Shown here: positions 18,044 to 26,726 of the stretch, one piece after another
Layout: the number at the start of each line of letters is the position of its first letter
How positions within the stretch are numbered: position 1 is the first letter of the stretch
Virus record (IMG/VR): IMGVR_UViG_3300036790_000049
Span: 885 to 64,884 of that record
Direction: 5' to 3' (one strand)
Source of the DNA: a virus
DNA length: 64,000 bases
The notes under the pieces: generated by a model
Told to the model about the DNA's origin: nothing
What the model saw: the letters and a program-made list of their open reading frames with translations, nothing else
The model's database searches: none
Position numbers and translations under genes: made by a program

Positions 18044-18060
18044 AACTGGTTCTCTCTTTC

Positions 18061-18327
18061 CTAATCCAGTATTCCGGATGCCCGGAGATCTTTTTCGTCA
18101 CTTCCCGTGAAAGTTGCGTAACCCCCATCCTCTTCGTCGGCAATGGTATCTCCTGGATTGGGATCTTTTGCGGCATCCCGGTTGAGGACTTCGGCCACAA
18201 ACTCCGCATCCTCTTTCTGCATTATCTGGCAGAGAAATCTTTCGTTCGGCCGGTCGTTCTTGACAAATACTGACCAGTCGTTCCCTCCCAAATCGTTGCC
18301 TGTTCTGGCCGCACGGTAATAAATCAT
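18061..18327 (-). CDS. hypothetical protein
   Basis: AGAGGAG RBS before ATG 18327. Confidence 0.6.
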   Translation of the reverse strand: MIYYRAARTGNDLGGNDWSVFVKNDRPNERFLCQIMQKEDAEFVAEVLNRDAAKDPNPGDTIADEEDGGYATFTGSDEKDLRASGILD

Positions 18328-18343
18328 TTGACTCCTCTTTCTC

Positions 18344-21300
18344 CTAGTCTGGTTCGATAACCCAGAGATGGTCAACGGCTATTGCGGCTCCGAATCCCTT
18401 GCTCTCGCGGCCGACCACGACTACCGCGTCCTCGCCAACCGTGATTGCGTCGATCTGTGCCTTGAATCTGGGGAAATGGAACCTGTTAAACCGTAGGTAA
18501 ACGTCCTCCTCTCCAGTGTCATAGCATCGGAGCGTGGCGAACTTGGCGAGATCCGGGCGTTTGATGTCCCTGCGGATCTCATCGACTTCGCGGCCGGAAC
18601 GCGCACGCTGGTCCTCGATAATGTCCTTGTAGTCTCTGCCGCGCACTAGACCGCAGTAGACGACCTTCCGGCCTCTGCCCATTGGAGTCTCCCACGTCTG
18701 GCTCTGCATGTCCGTGGAGACGACCGTGGGCATCGGCAGCTTAAGCTCGCCCGCGAGGATCGCCCGCTTGACCTGCCCGATTACATTCGCGGCCCTGAAC
18801 ACTCCGAACGGGTCTGGAGTCTCGGCCCAATCCCGGATCTTGCCGAGCGTCACCGGGCCGATGCCTTTGACCTTGAGCAGGTCTTTCCACTCCCCGCCCC
18901 AAGTATCCGGTGCAAGCTCCTCTGCGCGCTGCTGCACGATCGCACGGGCGGTCACGTCACCGATTCCGGGTACCTGCATGAATCCGGCCTGAATGGATTT
19001 CCGGTCCTCACCGAGCGTCCACGTAACGCTGGAGTTATTCGGATGTGGCGGCAGGAAGCTAATCCCGTGCTCGGCAGCGTCCTTGAGCAGGCGCACTGTG
19101 ACGTTCTCGTTGTCCGCTTTCATCAGCGACGCGGTATAGAACTCCGCTGGGAAGTAGACTTTGAGCCACATGCACCACCAGGCCAAGACCGCATACGACA
19201 CCGAATGCGCAGTGTTAAAGGCATAAGTTCCCGCAGTGACGAGCCGTTTCCAGATCCGTAGAGCGAGATCTTCATCGATATCGTGAAGCCTTTTCGCTCC
19301 GTCTGCGAACTGGCGGAAGTTGACATTGAATGCCGCCTCTCCGAGTTTCTTGGCGATGATGCGACGTACCGAGTTTGCGTCTGTCCAGTCGAATCCGCCG
19401 ATCTCACGGACTACCGCAATGATCTGCTCCTGGTAGATTATCTGCCCGCGTGTTCCGGCAGTGATCTTATCCATTGCCGGGTGCAGTGCTTCCGGCTTCT
19501 CTCTGCCCCACCGGATAGCCGTGTAGATCGTGGTCGTTCCGGAGAACAGAGGACCAGGACGCGACAATGCGTTGATGTCGGCAAGGTCCATGAACCGCTC
19601 CGGCTTCACGTTCCGGTTCACAATCCGGGTAGCTCGTCCCTCGAACTGGAATATGCCGATGACGTCATTCCGCGAGAATGCGGCCATGACTTCCTCGTCC
19701 TTGTCCGAGATCGAGTAGAGGTTCTCAAGGTCCAGCCCGGCTAGTTCTAGCGCATGCGAGATCATGCCCATTGTGGTGAGACCTAGGAAGTCCATTTTAA
19801 GGAAGTCCAGGTACTCGGCATCGTACTTGTCGCATGCCAGAACGCGCAGCTCTCTGCGCCTCTCTCCGGTCCCGGAATTGCGGGTGTACAGCGCAGTCAC
19901 GTCGGTGATTGGCCGCGTCCCCACGACGAGCCCGGCCGCGTGCACGCTCATCCCGCGCATGTTCCCCTCTAGCCGGAATGCCGCCTTGAGATCCGGGTAC
20001 TTGTCGAACACGGCTTGCGCGGCAGGGAAACTGTCCACCGTGTCACTAAGCGACGAATCCAGTCGCATGTCTCCGTCCGACCGGTGCGCAACGAGGTCGT
20101 TGACCGCCGCTATCTCGAACCGTGGCACCCGGTAAACCCGGGCGGCATCTACCAGGCTGTTCTTTCCCCGGTACCGGATGAAGTTCCCGATGTTGCCGAC
20201 GTTATCCTCGCCGTACTTCCGCATGAGATACTGGCGTATCTCCTCGCGGCGTTCGTCGTCAAAGTCGAGATCGATGTCAGGCGGGTCGGGCCTAGCCGGG
20301 TCTATGAACCGTTCCAGCATCATCATCGGGTAGCGCATCGGGTTGATCTCGGTTATCCGCAGCAGGTAGCAGACGAGCGATGCTGCCGCCGAGCCGCGAG
20401 CCGGGCCGACCGAGATGCCGGAATTCTTTGTCCACTGGATGACGTCGGCAGTCGCGATAAAGAAATCCGCGAAGTCCTTGTCGGTGATCATCCCTAGCTC
20501 GCGGTCGATCCGTTCCCGGAATCGCTTTTGCTTGCCCGGCTTAAGCTGGTCGAATCCCCTGTACCGCCATCCCTGCATGACCATGTGAAACAAGTAGTCG
20601 TACGCGGAATCGAATCCCTCTGGCAGCGGGAAGCGCAGCCGTTCGGCTCTAGGCAGCCTCACCCGTGCCCGCTCCGCCAAGCTTGCGGCGTTGCCGATAG
20701 CGCCACGGGCTGCCGAAGGGGACAGCCCAGTGCCGATTAGTTTCTTGTAGAGTGCCTTGTCTGATTTCGGGTAGGTGAGCCGGACGTCGTATTCCCACGA
20801 CTGCGCCTGGACGTCGAATTGCTGATTACCGCGCCCTGCGGCGTGCAAGATGACCTGCATTTCGTTGTCGTCCGGGAAAGGATAGTGAACGTCGCATGTC
20901 GCCACGAGCGGAATTCCCAGTTTTTTACCCAAGCGCTCGTAAGCGGGATTGATCGCGCATGTCTTACCGAGCTTAGGGAAAGCCTGTACCTCCAGAAAAT
21001 ACCGGTCTCCAAGTAGCTCTCGGAAACGTGCGGCCACCTCCCCCGCCGCACGAATATCGGGGGCATGGTCGTCTGTCCCCTTCCCTCCGACAAGAGTGCA
21101 CGCCAGGAGCGAACCCGTACACCCTGAAAGGACAGCGAGACCCTCTCCGTACTGGGCGAGCGATTCGCCCGAAACTGTAGGTTCATAGTAGAACCCCTCT
21201 CCCCACGACTCGGTTACGATCTTCATAAGGTTCTGGTACCCCGGCACGTCTAGCGCGATGACCCCGAGATGCCATTTCATCTTGCGCCGCGTCTCCACGG

Positions 21301-21517
21301 CGGTTGGCCCGGTGTACAGTTCTGCGCCGTAGATCGGCTTGATACCAGCCTTGTCACATGCCTTCTGGTGCCGGACGTGCGAGCTAACATTGCCGTGCTC
21401 GGTCAGGGCAAGGCTTGACATGCCTAGGTCTGCCACCCGGTTGACGTGTGTGACAGGCTGGCCAAATCCGTCCATGTAGGAATAGGTCGAGTGAGTATGC
21501 AGACTAACCCAGTCCAC
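18344..21517 (-). CDS. dnaE: DNA polymerase III alpha subunit (DnaE-type, family C)
   Basis: PHP domain LHTHSTYS..DG...ALTEHG; GPARGSAAASLVCY; PPDIDLDFD; HAAG; KMDFLGL; YAFNTAHSVSY. Confidence 0.95.
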   Translation of the reverse strand: MDWVSLHTHSTYSYMDGFGQPVTHVNRVADLGMSSLALTEHGNVSSHVRHQKACDKAGIKPIYGAELYTGPTAVETRRKMKWHLGVIALDVPGYQNLMKIVTESWGEGFYYEPTVSGESLAQYGEGLAVLSGCTGSLLACTLVGGKGTDDHAPDIRAAGEVAARFRELLGDRYFLEVQAFPKLGKTCAINPAYERLGKKLGIPLVATCDVHYPFPDDNEMQVILHAAGRGNQQFDVQAQSWEYDVRLTYPKSDKALYKKLIGTGLSPSAARGAIGNAASLAERARVRLPRAERLRFPLPEGFDSAYDYLFHMVMQGWRYRGFDQLKPGKQKRFRERIDRELGMITDKDFADFFIATADVIQWTKNSGISVGPARGSAAASLVCYLLRITEINPMRYPMMMLERFIDPARPDPPDIDLDFDDERREEIRQYLMRKYGEDNVGNIGNFIRYRGKNSLVDAARVYRVPRFEIAAVNDLVAHRSDGDMRLDSSLSDTVDSFPAAQAVFDKYPDLKAAFRLEGNMRGMSVHAAGLVVGTRPITDVTALYTRNSGTGERRRELRVLACDKYDAEYLDFLKMDFLGLTTMGMISHALELAGLDLENLYSISDKDEEVMAAFSRNDVIGIFQFEGRATRIVNRNVKPERFMDLADINALSRPGPLFSGTTTIYTAIRWGREKPEALHPAMDKITAGTRGQIIYQEQIIAVVREIGGFDWTDANSVRRIIAKKLGEAAFNVNFRQFADGAKRLHDIDEDLALRIWKRLVTAGTYAFNTAHSVSYAVLAWWCMWLKVYFPAEFYTASLMKADNENVTVRLLKDAAEHGISFLPPHPNNSSVTWTLGEDRKSIQAGFMQVPGIGDVTARAIVQQRAEELAPDTWGGEWKDLLKVKGIGPVTLGKIRDWAETPDPFGVFRAANVIGQVKRAILAGELKLPMPTVVSTDMQSQTWETPMGRGRKVVYCGLVRGRDYKDIIEDQRARSGREVDEIRRDIKRPDLAKFATLRCYDTGEEDVYLRFNRFHFPRFKAQIDAITVGEDAVVVVGRESKGFGAAIAVDHLWVIEPD

Positions 21518-21778
21518 CTAGACTCCCTGAATTCTCGTACGTTCCCTGTTTTCGCGGATCTGCCACACGCAGCGGGCCATGTAGTCACCTCGCGAGAATC
21601 CCTCGTAGACGTCATCCATAACCATTTGCGACCACGACAGAACTGGTTCGCCTTCCGGTGTGTAGCCTGCCGAAGTGACAGCTTCCCGGCCGCCGTCTTT
21701 GGCAATCTGGTCAATGTCTAGTTCGGTGTCCTCTTTCATGTCTTTGTAATATGGCTGTGTGGTGACATACCGGCCCAC
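21518..21778 (-). CDS. hypothetical protein
   Basis: GGGAGG RBS before GTG; TAG abuts dnaE start. Confidence 0.65.
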   Translation of the reverse strand: MGRYVTTQPYYKDMKEDTELDIDQIAKDGGREAVTSAGYTPEGEPVLSWSQMVMDDVYEGFSRGDYMARCVWQIRENRERTRIQGV

Positions 21779-21795
21779 TGCGTGCCTCCCTGTTC

Positions 21796-22419
21796 CTATC
21801 CGTTCGCGCCGGTCAGGCCGACTGACGCCGTTGCGATCCGCTCAATGAGCGCGTCAATGAGCACCGATGCCCGGCCGCTCTCGAATACGCCTTGCGGCGT
21901 CTCGCTCCAGCACATCGATGCCGCCCCGAGAGCTAGGCCGAGAGCTTCCCTGACACTCTCCGCACCTAGGATAGCGTGCGCAGCCTCGCCCGCGACTTCC
22001 TCTGTCGGGATCATGAGCCCGGCGCGCTGCTGTGTGGCCATCGCCTTGAACATGCCGATAGTGCCGAGAGCCTGGTCCCAGGAGTAGAACCGGATTCCCC
22101 GGTCGTCAAGGTAGAACTCGGCCGCGAACTTCCGGCTCGTGCACATAATCAGGTTCCGGGTTTTCCAGAACATCGGCCGCTGACCGTCGTCGGCCACGGC
22201 CGGAATGCCCTGGTCGATGAGCCACTCAGCTACCCTTACTGGATTCCGCGACGTGTGCACGAATATCGCGTAATGCCGCATGAGCGTCTTGAGCCCGTCA
22301 AGCGCGCCGGGATTGGGCGGGTCGTAGATCTGTCCGTCCTGCCATCCCTTGCTGTACCGGTGGATCACCCCGTCGAAATCCACTCCGCCAGCAGCGACGT
22401 AATCCTCAGTGAGCGCCAA
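21796..22419 (-). CDS. HAD-superfamily phosphatase (5'-nucleotidase/polynucleotide phosphatase-like)
   Basis: Motif I DFDGVI, motif II HTSR, motif IV YLDDR. Confidence 0.75.
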   Translation of the reverse strand: MALTEDYVAAGGVDFDGVIHRYSKGWQDGQIYDPPNPGALDGLKTLMRHYAIFVHTSRNPVRVAEWLIDQGIPAVADDGQRPMFWKTRNLIMCTSRKFAAEFYLDDRGIRFYSWDQALGTIGMFKAMATQQRAGLMIPTEEVAGEAAHAILGAESVREALGLALGAASMCWSETPQGVFESGRASVLIDALIERIATASVGLTGANG

Positions 22420-22645
22420 TTTCCTTGTCCTTGTCTTCTAGATACCGGATCGCCTCCTGCGCAACGCGCATGTACTCTGGAGACGGGTCTTTCCGGATTT
22501 CCTGCCCGGGAATGTAATTGTCCCAGATCGCATCGCGCATGCGCTTAGGCAGTCTTCTCCAGTCTGCCTTGCACATGAACATGTGCGGGGGAACCTTGAC
22601 CATGCAGCCGGTACGGTGACAGGTATGCGGAATGATCTTAGTCAT
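22406..22645 (-). CDS. small Cys/His zinc-binding protein
   Basis: HTCHRTGC...MFMC..DW..LP...R.AIW..Y.PGQE. Confidence 0.7.
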   Translation of the reverse strand: MTKIIPHTCHRTGCMVKVPPHMFMCKADWRRLPKRMRDAIWDNYIPGQEIRKDPSPEYMRVAQEAIRYLEDKDKEIGAH

Positions 22646-23369
22646 GTGAGGCTGGTTCCACCCCGTTGCGTGCCCAGTCGTCGGCCGACATGACGGCCTG
22701 CTTCTGGAACTCGGCATACTGCGCGACCGGAATCCACCCGGAGCGGACTGCCTTGCTTCGGTGCATTTCGCCGTGCTCGTTGAAATGCGCGAGTAGTTCT
22801 AGAATCACGATTTGCAGGTGCACGCGGTATTGCATTTCCTTGTCGGCCCGGAGCCGTTCCGCGTCGATCTTCTCGCGCAGCCCGGACGGCCCCTCGCCGG
22901 GAGGAACTCCGTGCCAGTCGTCCCGAGCCCGTACGGTGTCGCCCCATGCCTCAGTGACCATCGCGAGGAACGAGCCGAGAACGAAGTCTGGTGTATTGCT
23001 GTAGTTCTCGATCGAGTACCGGTTGATCACCTCGGCCAGTGCGTCGTGCAATGGCATCTTCGGTTCTGTGCGCAGCATCGGCTCGGACGGTGACATGGCC
23101 ATATAGGCGTCCGCCGTCTCCGCGTGCACGTCCTTTCCGGCCTGCACGGCTTCGGCATCGGTTCCGTTAGTTCCGGAAGTTCTGGGGTTCTTCATTGCTT
23201 CCTCCTCGTTTATGTACCGAATCCACTCACGGTCACCCGATGTGAGCTTCTCGGATACCTGGATCATCGCGCCTTGCGGTGAGTAAGCGCGCTCCCTGAT
23301 GCTCATCCGGTGATCGCCGCACTCGTCCCGGATTGTGACCGTGAACAACTGGAGCTTAGGCTTCACCAT
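22638..23369 (-). CDS. hypothetical protein (two in-frame RBS-associated starts)
   Basis: GGAG RBS at ATG 23369 and GAGGAGG RBS at internal ATG (MKNPRT); INRYSIENYSNTPDFVL domain. Confidence 0.6.
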   Translation of the reverse strand: MVKPKLQLFTVTIRDECGDHRMSIRERAYSPQGAMIQVSEKLTSGDREWIRYINEEEAMKNPRTSGTNGTDAEAVQAGKDVHAETADAYMAMSPSEPMLRTEPKMPLHDALAEVINRYSIENYSNTPDFVLGSFLAMVTEAWGDTVRARDDWHGVPPGEGPSGLREKIDAERLRADKEMQYRVHLQIVILELLAHFNEHGEMHRSKAVRSGWIPVAQYAEFQKQAVMSADDWARNGVEPASHD

Positions 23370-23391
23370 GGTTACTCCTATGTTCGGCTCG

Positions 23392-24090
23392 TTAGACATG
23401 CTTGCCACGCCGGTACCGCCCTTCTTTCTTGCGTTCCTGAACGAGTGCACCGATCATAGACCAGTCGGCATCCCATAGTTCGCGCATTTCGGTGCTGCGC
23501 AAAGCCGACGGGTGCACGGTCGGGAAGACATCCCACGTCGTGCCGCTGCCGGTGAGATGCCGTGGCAGTTCCACCCTTATCAGAACGCCGTGCATGCGCA
23601 ATAGCGTCTGTTTCCGGTAGAGATCCCCGGTGATCGCGGTCAGTGCCGACCTTCCGAGCGTGACAAGCAGCGGAGCGGCCTCTCCTGGCATCCGGTTTCC
23701 GCCGTGCGCGATGATCCCTAGCTCGCGGAACAGGTAGTCGCGGGACGCGTCGATCTCGTGCTTGTCTGGTGTCCGCGTCTTGCCGTCCGGATCGCGTGGC
23801 CATATCTTCACGGCGTTGGTGATCCAGCATTTCGCCGGGTCTATGCCGTGCTCCTCCATCGCATAGCGCAGCTTGCGCCCGGTATAGCCCACGAACGGGC
23901 GTCTAGCCGCGTTCTCCGACCTTCCGGGAGCTTCCCCGAGCAGGACGGCCAGCGGGTTGTGCGAGCCCTCCCCGGGCACTACAGCGCCGTCTAGGTCGGA
24001 TAGCTCGTCCTTACGGTCCCGGTAATCCAGATACAGCGCGGAGATCGCCGCCGTCGTCTCCGGGTCCGGATCGTGCCTGTTCGCTCCCAT
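23392..24090 (-). CDS. uracil-DNA glycosylase family-4-like protein
   Basis: VVPGEG..., GEAPG motif A, PFVG.TG, ITNAVK, LVTLGR.A, FPTVHPS motif B. Confidence 0.85.
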   Translation of the reverse strand: MGANRHDPDPETTAAISALYLDYRDRKDELSDLDGAVVPGEGSHNPLAVLLGEAPGRSENAARRPFVGYTGRKLRYAMEEHGIDPAKCWITNAVKIWPRDPDGKTRTPDKHEIDASRDYLFRELGIIAHGGNRMPGEAAPLLVTLGRSALTAITGDLYRKQTLLRMHGVLIRVELPRHLTGSGTTWDVFPTVHPSALRSTEMRELWDADWSMIGALVQERKKEGRYRRGKHV

Positions 24091-24442
24091 TCTCTGCCTC
24101 CGCCTCCCTCTCCCTCTCCCTTTCTCCCTGTTCACTTTGCCGGAACTGGAAATAACCGGTTCGCTTGCAATTGCCGCAAGTTACCCTGTCCAGTTCGGTC
24201 GTAGTGAAGTGCGGCGGTGAGCCGCACGACGCCCGGCCGTTTCCCGGTCCCTGCTGTAGGTGCCACTGGTAGTTGGATGTCTCGGCTCGCGGACGCCGGT
24301 AGACCGGAGGAGACGAGAAAGTACCTGTCCAGACTCGTGCGTTACGCGCTGCCCGGTCGGCACCCTCCCGGTTCCCTTCCCGTCTCCGAATCCGCGCGAC
24401 CTGCCGCCATAGCTCGGCAGCGCTCGTCTCGGGATATGGCAT
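24011..24442 (-). CDS. hypothetical protein (possible Zn finger)
   Basis: Fills the gap between genes; H...CG...TCGNC; overlaps the UDG gene by ~80 nt. Confidence 0.4.
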   Translation of the reverse strand: MPYPETSAAELWRQVARIRRREGNREGADRAARNARVWTGTFSSPPVYRRPRAETSNYQWHLQQGPGNGRASCGSPPHFTTTELDRVTCGNCKRTGYFQFRQSEQGEREREREAEAENGSEQARSGPGDDGGDLRAVSGLPGP

Positions 24443-24457
24443 GTCGTCTGTCTGGTA

Positions 24458-24928
24458 TCAGTCTTGCGGGTCCGGGTCGAAATCGTACGGGGCACCCCAC
24501 TTGCCCCACGGCCTGAGCCCGGCCGACCGCATCGCCATGCCGCCGTAGTTGATCAAGTCAACCGTGGAGTCCGACAGCCACGGCGATTCACCACGACGCC
24601 AGCACCGGAACCACAGCCGCATGACCTTTTTCCGCAGTTCTATCAGGATCGGCATGTAGCCGCCCTCTTTCCACGTACCGCCTTTCGGGTCGTAGCCGCG
24701 CTCACACATGATCCGCAGTGCGGGCACGAACGCGTCACACAGTTGCGCTATCGCGTCCTCAGTAGGCGCGAGCCCGGCCACCCGCATGAAGACATCGGCT
24801 GCCTTCATCAGTTCCCCGGTATCGACGTCCTGGACCATGAAGGACTGCGCATCCGGAAACATGCGCTCGGTCTTATCGGTCCTTTCGGTCTTCTCGGTCT
24901 TCTCGGTCTTCGCGTGTTCCTTCGGCAT
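24458..24928 (-). CDS. DUF1599 / nucleotide-modification-associated domain-like (MazG-related helical) protein
   Basis: RKK..RL...W..GE....DSTVDLINY resembles the DUF1599 core; N-terminal KTE 9-bp tandem repeats. Confidence 0.5.
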   Translation of the reverse strand: MPKEHAKTEKTEKTERTDKTERMFPDAQSFMVQDVDTGELMKAADVFMRVAGLAPTEDAIAQLCDAFVPALRIMCERGYDPKGGTWKEGGYMPILIELRKKVMRLWFRCWRRGESPWLSDSTVDLINYGGMAMRSAGLRPWGKWGAPYDFDPDPQD

Positions 24929-25266
24929 TAGCTGCCAAGCCCCTCTTCCTTTACCAGGTACCCGGCGAAGAATCCGGCCACGACCGATGCGGCAGCCGCG
25001 ATCTCGCCGGACGTCTCGATTGACAGGTGCAGTCCCGAGCGGGTGATCACGTAGGTGACCACGAGCCCGAGCACATGACCGAGGTTCTGGGAAATCACCT
25101 TTTTGGCGATCGGCTTGCCACCGGTCACCTTGAGAATGAGCTTGCCGATTCCCTTCGGCGCGGTCACTGTAGGGAGCTTTTGCCCCGCCACTCCGGGTCC
25201 GTTGTCCGTGCCGACCCCGGCATTGCTAGCCACTCCACCGGCTGGATTCGGAACTGGTGTCCCCAT
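24928..25266 (-). CDS. two-TM membrane protein (holin-like)
   Basis: GGAG RBS; two hydrophobic helices; TAATG coupling to the next gene. Confidence 0.55.
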   Translation of the reverse strand: MGTPVPNPAGGVASNAGVGTDNGPGVAGQKLPTVTAPKGIGKLILKVTGGKPIAKKVISQNLGHVLGLVVTYVITRSGLHLSIETSGEIAAAASVVAGFFAGYLVKEEGLGS

Positions 25267-26135
25267 TTCTCACTGCTCCATTCACTTGAGGGAACGCCGG
25301 ACTTCGCAAAGTTCTGCACGCGTTCCCTTATCTGGCAGAACCGGTCGGTTGCTGCCATGAATTCACACTTGCCGGTGAGGTAGCAGATTGGGCGGAACAT
25401 ATCCGCGATGGCGTCGAACTCCCAGTTCGTAGCTCCCCGGTAATCCCGGATAGCATTGACCATCGCGGTCCACACGAGCCGCCATTCAAACTGGGCTTGT
25501 GTGCAAAGCCGGTTCCCCGCGTGTTCCGCGAGGTTCCGGAGGTTCGTCTTGTAATGCACCTTGGTCAGGATATTGGTCGGCAGCATACCGCGTGCATCCT
25601 CGGCCGGAATGCCCTGATCAATGAGCCAGTTGTACGTCACCCCGGCCTCGTACATATGCTGGTGCCACGTCTCGCGGATAGGATCTTCCGGCGATAGCTC
25701 CGCTATGCCCGGCGGCATGGCAACTTCCCACGACGCGTTGCGCTTGACCGCAAACCGCTGTGACTCCTGCACATAGACCGCCGTGCGCTGCCGTACAAGC
25801 TGGTGAGTGAATGCGCGAGTCACGTTCTCGATGAGGAAGTGCAGGTCGATGAATTCGAGCGGTGCCTGCAATCTAGTCCTGGTCATGTCCTGCCACCACG
25901 AAAGCGCACGTTCCTTGCTCACGTCGGCCGGGTTGCGCACCACCTCACCCCGGTATAGCTCGGCAGCCGCAGCCATCGTGCGCAGCGGGTACGGCGTCAT
26001 TTGCACCAGCGTGACGACGGGATGAATAGTCTGGTCCTCGTCACCGGGATGCAGCGGTCCTCCTGCCTCGTTGACCGGCGCAGCATCGTACATTGCCACG
26101 TCCGCCCACCGTGCGACTTCCTTACCACTCTCCAT
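25164..26135 (-). CDS. thyX: flavin-dependent thymidylate synthase
   Basis: APLEF...F.IENVTRAFTHQLVRQR...QESQRF; EDARG.LP; R.C..AQ.EWR. Confidence 0.85.
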   Translation of the reverse strand: MESGKEVARWADVAMYDAAPVNEAGGPLHPGDEDQTIHPVVTLVQMTPYPLRTMAAAAELYRGEVVRNPADVSKERALSWWQDMTRTRLQAPLEFIDLHFLIENVTRAFTHQLVRQRTAVYVQESQRFAVKRNASWEVAMPPGIAELSPEDPIRETWHQHMYEAGVTYNWLIDQGIPAEDARGMLPTNILTKVHYKTNLRNLAEHAGNRLCTQAQFEWRLVWTAMVNAIRDYRGATNWEFDAIADMFRPICYLTGKCEFMAATDRFCQIRERVQNFAKSGVPSSEWSSEKWGHQFRIQPVEWLAMPGSARTTDPEWRGKSSLQ

Positions 26136-26171
26136 TGAGCCCTCCCTGTTCTGGAATTCACGAGCCCCGCG

Positions 26172-26726
26172 CTACTGCCGGATAAGCTGTGTCACGAGCA
26201 TGAGGTTGCGCTCGTTTAGGCCGATCATCAGGTTAATCCCGATCTCGAATTCCCACCCCGAGCGCATCCCGGCCTTGTCCGAGTACGGATTGTGGAAGAG
26301 GTTGCGCCACGTCTCTTCGCACCAGAATGTCTTGTGGTCGAGATCGTGATAGGCACCCTGCGAAAGCCGGTGCGGCACTACCACGTTGAGCGCACCACGG
26401 GAAACTAGCACCCTCTGGCACTCACGCAGCGTCCGGATAACACCTTCCGGGGTGAGGTGCTCGAACAGGTGCAGTGCGTATATCACGGATACTTTTGAAT
26501 CGCCCCACGGAAGATCCATAGTTTCCGCATCCCATTCCGGATAGTCAAGCTCGTACGAGCGGCCGACCGACTTGCGGCCCGCGCCGATATTGAGCGATAC
26601 AGCTTCCGGCCCGATGTCCATTGCTGGAGTACGGAACGGCCACACTTTCCTGTTGGCACCTGCCTGGAATAGCTCGATCACATCTCTCGGCGCGGGCCAG
26701 TGCATGCCGGGATCGTTCTCGTTCAT
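26172..26726 (-). CDS. class I SAM-dependent methyltransferase
   Basis: LNIGAG motif I; D....LPW.DS.V..IYA.HLFEHL; ECQRVL..G.L...VPH. Confidence 0.8.
   Translation of the reverse strand: MNENDPGMHWPAPRDVIELFQAGANRKVWPFRTPAMDIGPEAVSLNIGAGRKSVGRSYELDYPEWDAETMDLPWGDSKVSVIYALHLFEHLTPEGVIRTLRECQRVLVSRGALNVVVPHRLSQGAYHDLDHKTFWCEETWRNLFHNPYSDKAGMRSGWEFEIGINLMIGLNERNLMLVTQLIRQ

Noticed and set aside
18344-21517. Intein or split in dnaE
   Set aside because: Length and motif order fit an uninterrupted DnaE; no intein signature seen.
24868-24910. 9-bp tandem KTE-coding repeat (and KKG-coding repeat at ~29721) as members of the triple-box family
   Set aside because: Same period but different core sequence; explained by simple amino-acid repeats.
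25522-25549. GTTCC-containing run in thyX (and a similar one at ~7706 in the HNH gene) as further triple boxes
   Set aside because: Spacing is not a clean 9-bp period, so not counted among the 21 copies.
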